This document shows, in pieces, positions 32,360-45,630 of a stretch of DNA of 64,000 bases. The first letter of the stretch is position 1. Each line of letters begins with the position of its first letter. The stretch is from the human T2T-CHM13v2.0 reference genome, Homo sapiens. The stretch lies in NCBI RefSeq assembly GCF_009914755.1, contig NC_060947.1. One strand, 5' to 3'. A model generated the notes under the pieces. That model worked only from the letters and a program-made list of their open reading frames with translations. It did not search any database and was not told where the DNA came from. Position numbers and translations under genes: made by a program.

Positions 32360-34619
32360 GCCTCTTAAAATAATGTCCATGCTTCCAAGAAGTAGGGAAA
32401 CATCTTTGTTATTGTTGAGGGTGAGACAAGTCCTTAATAATAGTTTCACTTGCTGCTTTGCAAACTGCTGCATTTTATCTCACCTTAATTTAATTCCTTC
32501 TTTTCCCTGTTGCCCTATTCACTCACTCAATTGACATGTCTGATCTCTGGAATAATATTCAAGTCCCCAAGAAAGTATAAAGCTTGGATTTTACCAGATT
32601 TGCCTAAGTAGAACTTAATTAGGAAGGTAAATCTTCTGCCAGAAGTCCAATAGAAATGATACGTGACTACATGCTGTTTTGGATGATCCACATCTCTAAG
32701 CCCATACATCTCTTTGTGTGATAAGGCCCAGTTTGCCAGGGTATGACAAAGCCTGGAGCTAATCGGACAGATATCTAGTGTCATAGGTCTTTCTTCCAGC
32801 TGACAGCAGAGGAAGTGCCATTGCCCATGTTGAAATGCAGATACAGAGTAGCTTCTGGACTAAGTGGACATAAACAACCCCCTCTAAAAAACTGGTAAAG
32901 GGAGGGCCCTAAGAAACTGGCAAGTGCCTTCACACTTCCTCATTTGCAATTCAAAGGACCAACTCTGCATTTCCTCTTGGTACTAACCCCAAATGTCATC
33001 ACCAATCGCTCTGCATACCTTATGCTGTGCTGGCAACATCACATCACCTCTCAGACTGATCCTTGAGGGCCACCTCAATGATAACAATAAGACCAAGTTA
33101 GAATGGGGCTGGAGTAGGGAATAGCTGGCCAAGATTGTGTGGTTTGAATAAAGAGGTATATTGTGTTCTGTTGTCCCCAGAAACAGCCTGGATTACAGTC
33201 AACATTAAAACCAAATTAGAGTGAGTTAGATTTAAAACAAGATAATTTACATCTCCAGTCAGGAAGATTCTAATAATTAATCAAATTTTCTAACAAAATG
33301 CCTTCCTTTTGGTATATGTTTGGTACATTCACCCCAATTCAGAAACAATGCCTTTCTTTTTTAGATATTACATACTGTGTTTTTTAAATAGAAGCCATTG
33401 ATTTTTATTTTCCCCCTCAACTATGCCAAATTCATCAGGTTTATTGCTTATTTCCTGAAGGCAAGAGGTTTTTGGCAATCATCACCAAAAATAAAAGACC
33501 ATTCATTGTATTGTTTAACTTAACTTAAACGATCATCTTGCTTTGGGGTGTATTTTAAAATTTCAAGCTATTTTAATTTTAAAATAAATATGTCTGTTTT
33601 AAAAGACAAAAATTAAACTAGTTCATCCAGGTAAACATGAGCAACTGAAAATAGTCTTTTCTCACATTCTTCTAGTTTATGCATAGACTAGAAAAGAATG
33701 AAAAGATCTGATTTTTCAATACCCAGAGGAATCCATCCAAACTGTTTCTATTATTAGAACACAAAATGGTAGCTCAAGAAGTTACTGTGGTTAACAACTG
33801 AATAATTCATAGTCTCTGAAGAATTCAGTTGCTTTGTCTTCTCCAGTTCCTCTTTACAACTGGATCCCCAAATATATTTCTAGTCCTGAGCTGTTATAAA
33901 GGAAACCATACACAAATTGTTTTCAGCAGTTAAAAATTGACCATGCTAAGCATTGAGAACAACAGCAAGACAATAAGCTAGGGAAAGAACAAGAACTCTT
34001 ACAAGGAGTTCCTAAAACTCTTCAGATTGCACATATATTGTCTGAAACTGTAGTTAAAAGTTCCAATCTCTGTTCCATGGATATCACTGGGCTGCAATAT
34101 CACGGAAATTTAAACTGTCTTTATGTAGCCTTCCAAATAAAATATAAAAAACCAATTAAATATAATATCTAAATTATTTTAAACATATTTCAACACACTG
34201 TAATCTAAATTTGAATTATTTTCTATGATGAAAAGCACAGAGACAAACTCAGAAACGAAAGCACTTTAATAGTGAGTGAAAGATGCTAATAATGTTGAAG
34301 GATTAATTTCTGCTGTTAAGCATGGAGAACAGAGGCCAAGTATGACATCACTATTCATCTAAGACGCCCAGAAATATTCAACTTTGTTTTGCCTTCTAGA
34401 GATGTGTTAAGTATTAGAAAATATGTGAGGATTTTACCTTTGACTTTATTTTTAAAAACATTTTGCCAAAAACAAGTGGTCTCTGCCGAATAGAGCATAG
34501 TACTGAGAGAGAAAATGGCTGGATTTTTTTTTCCTATTTCAAGTTTTAGCCCTGTCTCAATTGCAAATGTAACTAGTAAAACCTCAGAACCCTTGGAAAG
34601 CCCACAGTTTACCCTTCCA

Positions 34620-34930
34620 TTTTTTTTCTTTTTTTTTTTGAAACGGAGTTTCGCTGTTGTCGCCTAGGCTGGAGTGCAATGGCATGATCTCAGCATCTCA
34701 GCTCACTGCAACCTCCGCCTCCCGGGTTCAAGCGATTCTCCCACCTCAGCCTCCTGAGTAGCTGGGATTACAGGCACCCGCCATCATGCTCAGCTAATTT
34801 TGGTACTTTTGTGGAGATGGGGTTTCACCATGTTGGCCAGGCTGGTCTTGAACTCCTGACCTCAGGTGATCCTCCCGCCTCGGCCTCCCAAAGTGCTGGG
34901 ATTACAGGCGTATGCCACCATGCCAGCCTG
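34620..34930 (-). mobile_element. Alu (AluS-type)
   Basis: Reverse Alu; TSD CCCTTCCA; small ATCTCAGC duplication. Confidence 0.92.
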
Positions 34931-35124
34931 CCCTTCCAATTTTTTTAAATGTTAAATTTTCAAAAGGAAATCTTTCTAAAAATCAATGACTCACCTCTTA
35001 AACAGAGTTAGCTTACCATAACTGAACTAAGTGAACTTTTTTAAAAATAATGCAATGTTTTTTATCTAATATATCCCAGAACACTGATCTACTGGGATAT
35101 ATTAAAATTCCAATTAGGAACTAG

Positions 35125-35520
<396 letters not shown>

Positions 35521-35653
35521 TAATAAGTGGTATTACTACTACCTCCTAGGAGGTTAGCATATACCTAATAAGTGGCCAACCAGGTCAGTCCATGTCCAAA
35601 GCTCAAGCTCATAGTCCCTGCACTGGTATACAACTTCTCAAGAAAAAAAAGGC

Positions 35654-35725
35654 TGCCCTAACCAGGAATCAAACCCAGACCAAGGCAGGAAAAGGAACAT
35701 ATTCTAGCGACTAGACCACACAGCA
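35654..35725 (-). pseudogene. Degenerate tRNA-Glu-like pseudogene
   Basis: 72 nt align without gaps to a recalled tRNA-Glu(TTC): A box TGGTCTAGTCG, B box GGTTTGATTCC, 3' end TTAGGGCA; stems disrupted. Confidence 0.7.
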
Positions 35726-36257
35726 TGCCTGACACCACATCAAAAGTCCCCAGAGAGTTATGTGTTTGGGGGTCTGCTTTTTATAGTTTTTCTGTCTCCT
35801 TTGCTGACATGCTTTTGATTTCAGTTATTCCACGTTGTACATAGATATATAGAGTTTCTGCCATTGCCAGTGTATCTAATCTAGGGCAGCCCCTCATTTC
35901 CCTTTATCACAACTTTCTATTTAGATGCTATTTTCCAGTTTACAATGTGCTTTCACATACCTTACCTCATCTCATTTAATCTGCTATTTCTAATCAGTTT
36001 CAGGGTGAGCAACCAGATTACCCATAATGCTAACATGCTGAGATAAGTAAAAGCAATTAGGCTTTGAGCAAGGGCCTGAGGCAGTGTCCTATGAATAAAG
36101 TACATAATTCTTAGTGCAAAGATGGGATGTCTCCTTTGCAGCCCAGATCTTCTCTGAGTACTCAGTCATTCTATCAATCTTTCATCTAACAAACCCTTCC
36201 TAAGCACTTGCTCTGTGCCATGTCCTGTACTGGGCGCTAGGGTTATAAAGATGATCA

Positions 36258-36584
<327 letters not shown>

Positions 36585-36899
36585 CTACCTTTGAAAAGTT
36601 CTGAGACTAGCAGATGTGTTCACAAAAAAAAACAAAGCAAGGGTGGACGAGCAGTATAAAGGTAGCTTGGCACAAGGGATTATGGGAAAATAAGTGTAAG
36701 CTGCCCAATTTTGCTGAGAAGACTGTCCAGAAGATTCCAGGCTGAGAAGAAAGTTGGTATCTCCTTCTGTATGGTTCTCAGCTTAGTGGCAGACAGTTGA
36801 GGTCACTAGGTTGCTGAACGCTGGATAAACCAGGGAAATGGTTCTCAACTCTGGATACACATTAGAATCACTTGCAGAGCTTTCAAAAAAAAAAAAATC

Positions 36900-37530
36900 A
36901 CAAGGCTTGTCTGATTTGGGAAATGGCTGGACAGTACCTACTAAAGCTGAACACATGCAGACCCTATGACGTAGCAGTGACACTGTAATGCATAAACCCA
37001 ACAGAAATGGGTGTATATATTCTCCAGGAGACACTCACGAGGATCTTCATAGCAGCATTGTTCACAGCAAACAAAAACTGGAAACAATGTAGATGTCCAT
37101 CAACAAGTGAATAGAAAAACAAAACATGGTATATCCATACAATGAAATATTATACAGCAAGAAAAAAAGTGAACCACTACTACCTGCAACAACACGGGTG
37201 ACTTGTACAAATATTATGCTGAGTGAAAGAAACCTCATACAAACAAGTACATACTGTATGAGTCCGCTCATATAGAGTACCAAAACAGGTGGGAAGGCAG
37301 GGTATCTACTACGATAGTGGTGGATAGTCATGATAGTAGTGCCCCTTGGTGAGGCATAGTGACTGGGAAGGGGCACGAGGATAGCTTCTGGGCACCAATC
37401 CTGTTCTGTTTCTTAATAAGGGTGCAGACTGTATGAGTGTGTCAGTTTGCGAAGATTCACCAAACTATATACTTAGGATTTGTGCAATTTCCCGAATGTA
37501 AATATAAAGTTGATTTAAGCATTTTTTTAA
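36900..37530 (+). mobile_element. Old L1 (L1ME-like) 3' fragment splitting a MER5-like element
   Basis: L1 3' text (TTCATAGCAGCATTGTTCAC, TGTCCATCAACA); MER5-like halves near 36835-36885 and 37535-37660. Confidence 0.7.
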
Positions 37531-39599
37531 AAAAGGAATACCAGTGGCTGGGCCTCATTGCGGACCAATTAACTCAAAATCTCTGGGTTATAAGACCCCA
37601 AAATTTGTATTTTTAAAAAGTATCCCAAGTGACTCCAATGTACAGCCATGTCTGAAAACAAAGGAGCTAGGTGTTCCTGTATTTATCAATAGCTTTGGGG
37701 GCAACAGCAGCCTAGCACAAGGCAAAGGGAATGAGTTCTGGAGTCAGGTACATCAGTGATTACATTCCGGTTCTTCTTTGCACTGGCAGTGTGAGGCATC
37801 AGTCTGGATCATCTCCAAACCTTGGTTTCCACCAGGGTATAATGAGTACAATGCCACCTACCTCCCAGGAGTGTTGCAAGGGCTAAATATGATAATAGAT
37901 TTAAAGCACCTAGCATAGTGCCTGGAACATAGGAGGTGCCTGAGAAATGGTAGATACTCAACTCCTTTTCCTCCTTTGCATCTACGGTCCTAAGCACAGT
38001 GATAAACAGATTGCTATAAAAGAACAAAACTCATACTCTTCAATTTCCTCTCCTGAATGAGTTTCTTTGTAAAGATTGAAGTAATGTTATACTTGGACTA
38101 ATGATGTCAAATGAATATCAGAAATTTCTGGGCCCTGGCTACTCACTCTATTCAGCACCTGCTCTCCCTGAATGTGAGTAGAGAAGAGGCAGACTGTAGG
38201 TAAATAGAAACCACAGACCATCCTTTGAAAAACTCTCCTCCTGTCCTTACCCCTAAGAACAGCGCCAGCCCTGCACAAGCAAAGACAAGGCTGAGATGTG
38301 AGTAGGCAAAAAGAATAGAAAAAATTAGTAGCTTGGAAGACATACCATCCATAAAATGTGCCACATAAAACACTTTTGTATAAAATGTCACATTTTAGTA
38401 AAAATAAACGAACAAAGAAAAAACCTAGGCTGAAAGCAGGAGGTCCAGGTTAGAGTTTTGATCCTACCAGTGATAAGCTGTATGACTTCGATTAACTAAA
38501 CTTTTCTGTTTCTTTGTCAAGTGAAAGTAATGCCATCTCTCCTACATCCTTTACAAGGGCACGGGGAGTTTCAGATAACTAGAAGGCATTCAAAAAATTA
38601 AGCACCAAAGAAATGCAATATGAGAATAGTAGCTGGAAATTTACTTTGTTCAAAACTCCAATCATCTGCACAGCACCCAGACTAAGACAGAACACTCCCT
38701 TGTTTTAACTGCTCTAAGCACACCCAAAGAGTACACCAGCCTGAAGCTGGCTTATTATGTAAGAAGGGACTGCAGCATTGCCTGGCATGTAGCATAATAC
38801 TTTGCTGAAGAGAAATCCTTGGAAATGCCTCAGCTGAAGCACAAGGGCAGGCCCAGGCCTTACATTTTGGAGAGAGGTGCTCTCAGTCACAGAATTCCAG
38901 ACTGTGGCTGGAGCAAATGATGTCATCAGAGATCCTCTTACCATGGTCAATGTCAAAATTAAGATAGGAAGTCCAAGGACACTATGAGTTTTCCAGGCAA
39001 ATATAAGTTTAAAAAAAAACAGTTTGAACCTTTGAATCTTGCCTTTAAAATTATTAATACTTTACAGAGCATAAACTGAAATTTATCCTATTTTGTGAGG
39101 TTTTTTTTGGGGGGGGGTTATGCAAAGTTTTTATTGACCAAAATATACATAATTGCAGAGGAAAATATATTCATTTACTGTATTTTTACTCCCACTACAC
39201 ATTAAGAAAAGGGAAAAATATCATGTGAGTTACCCCTCTATCCAAAAACAATAACAAATCAAAAATGAAAATATAAGACCTTTGAAGAGGCAGAGATAAA
39301 CTTGAGGGCTCTCCGCTGCAGAGCTAAGAAACGAAATAGCTCAAATACCTGTTGGGTTCCTAAATGACTGGAAAATGAAAACTTGTAATTAACTACAGGC
39401 ACTTTGGAACACCTTGTAGAATACAGGTCTTTTCCATCTACAAACCATTCCTGCGACAGATCTCTGTACTTAATGCAGAAAACATCTCCAAATGTATGGA
39501 TGCTCGGGGTTGGGAGGGCATCACAGTAGTATTAAAAATGGTACTGTTGACTCCTGCTCTGGTTCTGGGGGAAGGAAAGAATCCAGTCGGATGCAAACC

Positions 39600-40552
39600 T
39601 TGCGGCCAGAGCTGGACAACTCGCCCCTAAGTTTGGCGCGTCCTCGCTCTGCGTCCTTGGCCCTCATCTCCCCCTTCCCGGCACCCTGGATCTCAGCGAA
39701 CTGTGAGGCCCTGGCAGAGAACGGACCCCGCAGCTGGGGCTGCGAGCCACGGCAGTGGGGAAGAAGGGCGGTTCCTCTCCAAAGGGGGTCCTTCGGCACC
39801 CACCCCCGGGCCCTCGCGCGCTCCCCTTCCCCTGACCCTTTTGCCCCCAGGCAGGTCACCTGGCTCGGCCGCTGCCCGCCTGTCCTCCAGCTGCTCCCTC
39901 ACTCCAGCCGCGCCGCCGCCGCCTCCTGGAAGCCGTTCGCCCTCCCGAGTCACGGGGCCGGCGAGCGGGCGGGCAAGCCTGTGCCAAGGCTGCGGGAACA
40001 GATCAACCCAGCCGGAGCTGGGACCCTGCCCTGAGCGCGGCCGCCACCAGGGCGAAACTGGAGAGCTGGGCTAGGCTCGCCCCAGCGGGGAGGGGCGGCT
40101 GCAACTTTGCGCCTGGACGCGGGCGAGGAGGGGGCGCCCGTCTCCAAACTCTGTGCCGCGCCCGCAACCTCTCCAGCCCAGGGATTGTTTTTTAATCTAA
40201 AGGGAAGTCAGAGTCTTGTCCTCAAGTTCTTGTTGCCATAGCCGTGCCGCTCGGCGGGCGGAGGATCGCGGGGCCGAACTGGGGGTGCCGGAGGCGCGCC
40301 CCGCTGGGTGCGCTGGCTGCGAGCCGGGCGAGGGTGCGCGGGGTGGCGAGTGGAGGGGAGCGACTGCCGGGGGAGCCAGCCCGCGAAGCTTCTCCAGACC
40401 ACGCTCAGCTACCCGCGCCGGTCCCCTCCTGCCCGCAGCCGGAGCCGAGCAGCGGAGGGAAAGCGGCCTGGAGGCACTGGGCCAGCAGCGGGTAAGCAGT
40501 GACCCGGACCTGGATCGCAGAAGTAGGAACTGGAAGTGACAGCGGCGCAGGC

Positions 40553-40588
<36 letters not shown>

Positions 40589-40880
40589 CTGGTAGCTGTG
40601 GCAGCAGCAAAAGCCGCGGTGTACCCGCGGCGGCCACACTGCGCATGCTGCTGCCGCCCGCTTCAGCCCCTACCCGAGGGCTGCCGGTGCCTGGCATGTT
40701 GCGGGTCACTGCCAGAGCTTCGGGCGGGATTCCCGGACTCATGGACTAGCCCTTTCTGGTGGCCTGCTTCCTCCCTCACCCCCAGATGCAACTCAGAACC
40801 CCCAAACTCTATGGTGAGCCGCTGAGACACCCGAGAAGCGTTGGCTCTCCAGAGGCCCTTCACATACCACCCTTCCTCCA
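39600..40880. promoter_or_regulatory. Intronic CpG island, probable alternative promoter of ARHGEF6
   Basis: Abrupt GC- and CpG-rich block in an AT-rich intron; GC boxes (GGGGCGG near 40072), NRF1-like TGCGCATGC 40640-40648, ETS core GGAAGTG near 40532; candidate minus-strand donor CAG|GTGACC after 39860. Confidence 0.85.
40555..40587 (+). repeat. (AGC)11 trinucleotide repeat (CTG-type on the ARHGEF6 strand)
   Basis: 11 uninterrupted AGC units counted directly; further GCA units near 40601-40609. Confidence 0.95.
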
Positions 40881-41845
40881 ACTATCCTAGATGCCCTTCC
40901 CGGCCTCTCTGATAACAGGCCCCAAATCAAATAGTCTCTTTGAGAGAGAACGAAAATGTTCATGATAGATGGGAAATATTTAAAATCTTATTCAATGTCT
41001 AATTTTTACAGAAATACGATGCAATCTGTAAAACATTAGGATAGCCAGACTCATGGGTGACATTTAATGTAACTCTTGGAAATTCCATTAAGCATGTCAG
41101 ATTTGCACAACAGAAGAAAAGAACTTGCCAAAATCCTCTTTGGTCTTCCTACTAGTTCCAACTGAGCAGCTAAATATGCAAAGCTTTGCCTAGCGGAAAC
41201 TGATGGAAATGGGCAAGTTAAAAACAGACATTACAACCATTAGACATTACCCAACCCCTACTCTAGTCTCCTCATTTTACAGATGACTCAACTGAGGCCT
41301 GGGAAAGGAGATCCTGACTTCACACAAGTGGCAGGGTCAGGGCTTGAAGCAAGATCTGCTGATACCCGTTACAACTACTGGTAATTGTAGTGGTTAGGCC
41401 GGGCCTTGTGCCTAACTCCTCCCAGGAGGCACCGCGCTGCTAGATATTTAGTCTTGACTCATGATCATTAGTAGAGCTGCCTTACTTTCAGAACTGCTTC
41501 CCTGCAGAGCAGCCCCTGGGAAATGGCAAATCGTCCATCCCACAAGCCTCACTTTGGGGAGGGCACCCCTGCTGTTCCGGTGACAAGGCAGATGGAGTGA
41601 CTCAGGGAGACAGGAGGGAATGAGGGGGTGGGGGCAGAGAAAAAAACATACTGCTACCAGCTGGTACTGGAAAGAAAGAAAGAGAGAGGGGGAGAAAGAG
41701 AGGGAGAGAGAGTAAGAGAGGGGGAAAGAGAGGAGGAAGAGAGGGAAGGAGGAAGAAAGAAAGTGAAATAAGTACTAATTGAATCTCATATACATTCAGT
41801 GAAATCCTTCCAGAATAAAATATCTTTAAAAAAAAATAAACTTGG

Positions 41846-42160
41846 GGCTGGGTGCGGTGGCTCCTGCCTATAATCCCAGCACTTTGGGAGGCAGATGCAG
41901 GTGGATCACTTGAGGTCAGGAATTCGAGACCAGCCTGGCCAACAGGGCGAAACCCTGTCTCTACTAAAAATACAAAAATTTGCTGGGCATGATGGCGGGC
42001 ACCTGTAATCCCAGCTACTTGGGAGGCTGAGGCACAAGAATCACTTTAACCCGGGAGGTGGAGGCTGCAGTGAGCCTAGATCACGCCACTGCACTCCAGC
42101 TGGGTGACAGAGCGAGACTCCATCTCAAAAATAAATAAAAATAAATAAATAAATAATAAA
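41846..42160 (+). mobile_element. Alu (AluS-type)
   Basis: Full Alu; TSD AATAAACTTGG. Confidence 0.93.
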
Positions 42161-42929
42161 CTTGGCTCAGGAGCAGAATAGGAGATGGTAGGGTGTCCCT
42201 GGCAATGGGTTGGTAGTAATGGTGGAAGAGGACAAAGGCAGATTACCTTCTGGGGATAAGGCAGAGGAAAGGGTTGGCTAACAGGAAAACCATAGGTTTA
42301 GAGCTTTCAGAGACCAGTCGGTCATGTAGTTGTAGCCAGGACAATGCAATCAAAGAGGTACTACCCAGGCCATTCTTGACTGATCGGAAGAATTGTAGGT
42401 GTCCCCAACTCTCAGCAACTTCAGGGGCAACACAAAAATAAAACTGCCATTGCTAGAACTTGTGTTGTTGAGAGACATCAGTGACCCTCTACCTAGACAG
42501 GAGGATTCTTCCATATATTCTGGAAACTTCACTTGGGACCTGAGTATTTTCCCTGCCTTCTCCATTCTGTAAGAAAGTAAGAAAGATATATTTGGTTCAC
42601 AAAAAGGAAATACAAATAGACTATAAAGGGATAAGAGGATGTCCAAACTCATTAGTAATCATGAAATACAAATTACAGCAATAAATGAAATGCCATTTTC
42701 ATCCATCAGTTTAGCAAACATTAAAGACAAATAATATCCAGTGTTGCCAGGGACAGGAAGAAGACACTGTTTACACTATTGCTGAGAGTGTAACTTGGTA
42801 TAACATTTTTGAAGGGCAATTTGACATTATCTATCACAATTTTACACAGTAATCCCATTTCTGTGAAGAAAGATCCTTCAAGAATAATCACTGATGTGCA
42901 CAAATTTCTATGTGCATATATAACATGAT

Positions 42930-45630
42930 CTACTGGGTTTTATCCCAGGAATGCAAGATTGATTTAATATATGAAAATCAATTGATGTAATACAGCATAC
43001 AAATATAATAACAAACAAAAACCAGTGATCATTTTAACAGACGTAGAAAAAGCATTTGACAAAATCCAACTCTTTTCATGATAAAAAACAAAACAAAACA
43101 CTTATAACAAACTCAGAATATAAAGAAACCTCAATCTGATAAAGGCCATTTACCAAAAACCCACATCTAACATCGTACTCAATGGTGAAAGACTGTCTGC
43201 TCTCATCACTTCTATTAAACATTGTACCAGAGGTTCCAGCCAGAAAAATTAGGGAAGAAAATGAAATAAAAGGCATCCAGATTGTAAAGGAAGAAGTAAA
43301 ACTATCTCTATTCACCAATGGCATACTCTTGTATAAGAAAACCATATGGGAATCCACTAAAAAACTATTCAAACTAATGAATAAGTTCTTGGAAGTGAAG
43401 AATACAAGATGAATATTAAAAAATCAATAGGGCAGGCACCGTGGCTCACACCTGTAATCCCAGCACTTTGGGAGGCCAAAGACAGGTGGATCACTTGAGC
43501 TCAGGAGCTCGAGACCAGCCTGGGCTACATTGTGAAACCCTGTATCTATAAAAAATACAAAAATTAGCCAAGCATGGTGCTCCACACCTGTGGTCACAGC
43601 TACTCAGGTGGCTGAGGTAGGACAATCACCTGAGCCCAGGAGTTTGAGACTGCAGTGAGCTGTAATCACACCACTGCACTCCAGCCTGGGCAACAGAGTA
43701 AGACCTTGTCTCAAAAAAATAATTATATTTCTATACACTTGCAGTGAACAATTTAAATACCAAATCAAGAAAACAATCCTATTTTTTTATAACACCAAAA
43801 ATAATAAAATCCTTTGGAATAAATTGAACCAAGCAGGTATAAGACATGTACACTGAAAAGTACATAATATTGCTGAATGAAACTAAAGACAAATAAGTGG
43901 AAATACATCCCATAAGACAAATAAGTGGAAATACATCCCATGTTCATGGATTCAAACATTTAATATTATTAAGATGGCAACACTCTCCAAAGCAATCTAT
44001 AGATTGAACACAATCACTATCAAAATCTCAGCTGGCCTTTTTTGTAGAAATTGACAAGCTGATCCTAAAATTCATATGGACATGCGAGGGATCCAGAATG
44101 GCCAAAGTGATTTTGAAAATGAAGAACAAAGTTGAAGGACCCGCTTTTAAAACTTACTACGTAGCTACATTAATCAGTTCAATGGAGGAATTGGCTAATG
44201 TTGTCTTTTCAACAAATGTTACTGAAACAACTGGATGTGCATATGCAAAAGAATGAATTTGGACCCGTACCTCCTACCATATACAAAAATTAACTCAAAA
44301 TAGATCAAAGACCTTAATGTAAGAAGTAAAACTATATTATTCTTAGGAGAAAACAGGAAAAAAATTCTTCAAGACATTTGATTATGAGTTTCTTAGATAT
44401 GACACCAAAAGCACAAGCAACAAAAGAGATGAATTTGACTTCATCAAAATTAAAAACTTTTGGACAGGCAATAACAAATGCTGGAGAGGATGTGGAGAAA
44501 AGGGAACCCTCATACACTGCTGGTGGGAACGTAAATTAATACAACCATTATGGACAGTTTGGAGGTGCCTCGAAAAACTGAAAATTGAGCTACCATATGA
44601 TCCAGCAATCCCACTGCTGGGTATGTTACCCAAAAGAAAGGAAATCAGTATATGGAAGAGATAACGGCGCTCCTATGTTTGTTGCAGTACTGTTCACAAA
44701 TAGCTAAGATTTGGAAGCAACCTAACTGTCCACCAACAAATGAATGGATAAAGAAAATGTGGTATGTATACACAATGGAGTACTATTCAGCCATAAAGAA
44801 GAATGAGAATCAGTCATTTGCAACAACATGGATGGAACTAGAGATCATTATGTTAAGTGAAATAAGCCAGGTACAGAAAGACAAACATCACATGTCCTCA
44901 CTTATTTGTGGGATCTAAAAATAAAAACAATTGAACTAATGGGCATAGAGAGTAGAAGACAGGTTACCAGAGGCTGAGAAGTATATTGGGGAAGGAGGCA
45001 GGAATGGTTAATGGGTACAAAAAAAATTGAAAGAATGAATAAGGCCCATTTGATAGCACAACAGGGTGACTATAGTCAATAATAATTGTACTTATTAAAA
45101 TAACTTAAAGAGTGTAATTGAATTGTTTGTAACACAAAGGATAAATGCTTGAGGGTATGGATACCCCACTCTCCATGATGGGATTATTACACATTGCATG
45201 CCTGTATCACAACATTTCATGTACCCCACAAATATATACACCTGCTATGTACCCACAAAAATTGAAAGTAAAAAACAAAAATGTCTAATTAATAAATTTT
45301 TGTGGGCCAGGCACAGTGGCTTACGCCTGTAATCCCAGCCTTTTGGGAGGCTGAGGCAGGTGGATCACTTGAGGCCAGGAGAGGCTGGACAATATGGCAA
45401 AACCCCGTCTCTACTTAAAAATACAAAAATTAGCCAGGCATAGTGGCAGGCACCTGTAATCCCAGCTACTTGGGAGGCTGAGGCATGAGAATCACTTGAA
45501 CCCAAGAGGCCAAAGTTGCCGTGAGCCAAGATTGTGCCACTGCACTCCAGCCTGGGAGACAGAGCAAGACTCCGTCTCAAACAAACAGACAACAACAACA
45601 AAAAAAATTGTGTTACAAAGGACACTATCA
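42930..45630 (+). mobile_element. Nested L1 cluster: old L1M ORF2, an L1MA 3' end (about 44465-45290), Alus at 43431-43720 and 45304-45608
   Basis: ORF2-like peptide [35 protein letters not shown]; L1MA 3'UTR ending ATGTACCCACAAAAATT; two Alu consensus copies. Confidence 0.88.

Noticed and set aside
39492-40539. Multiple overlapping 80-180 aa ORFs on both strands
   Set aside because: Expected from stop-codon scarcity in a CpG island; no recognisable domains.
43883-43940. 28-nt tandem duplication
   Set aside because: Lies inside a dead L1; a neutral slippage event.
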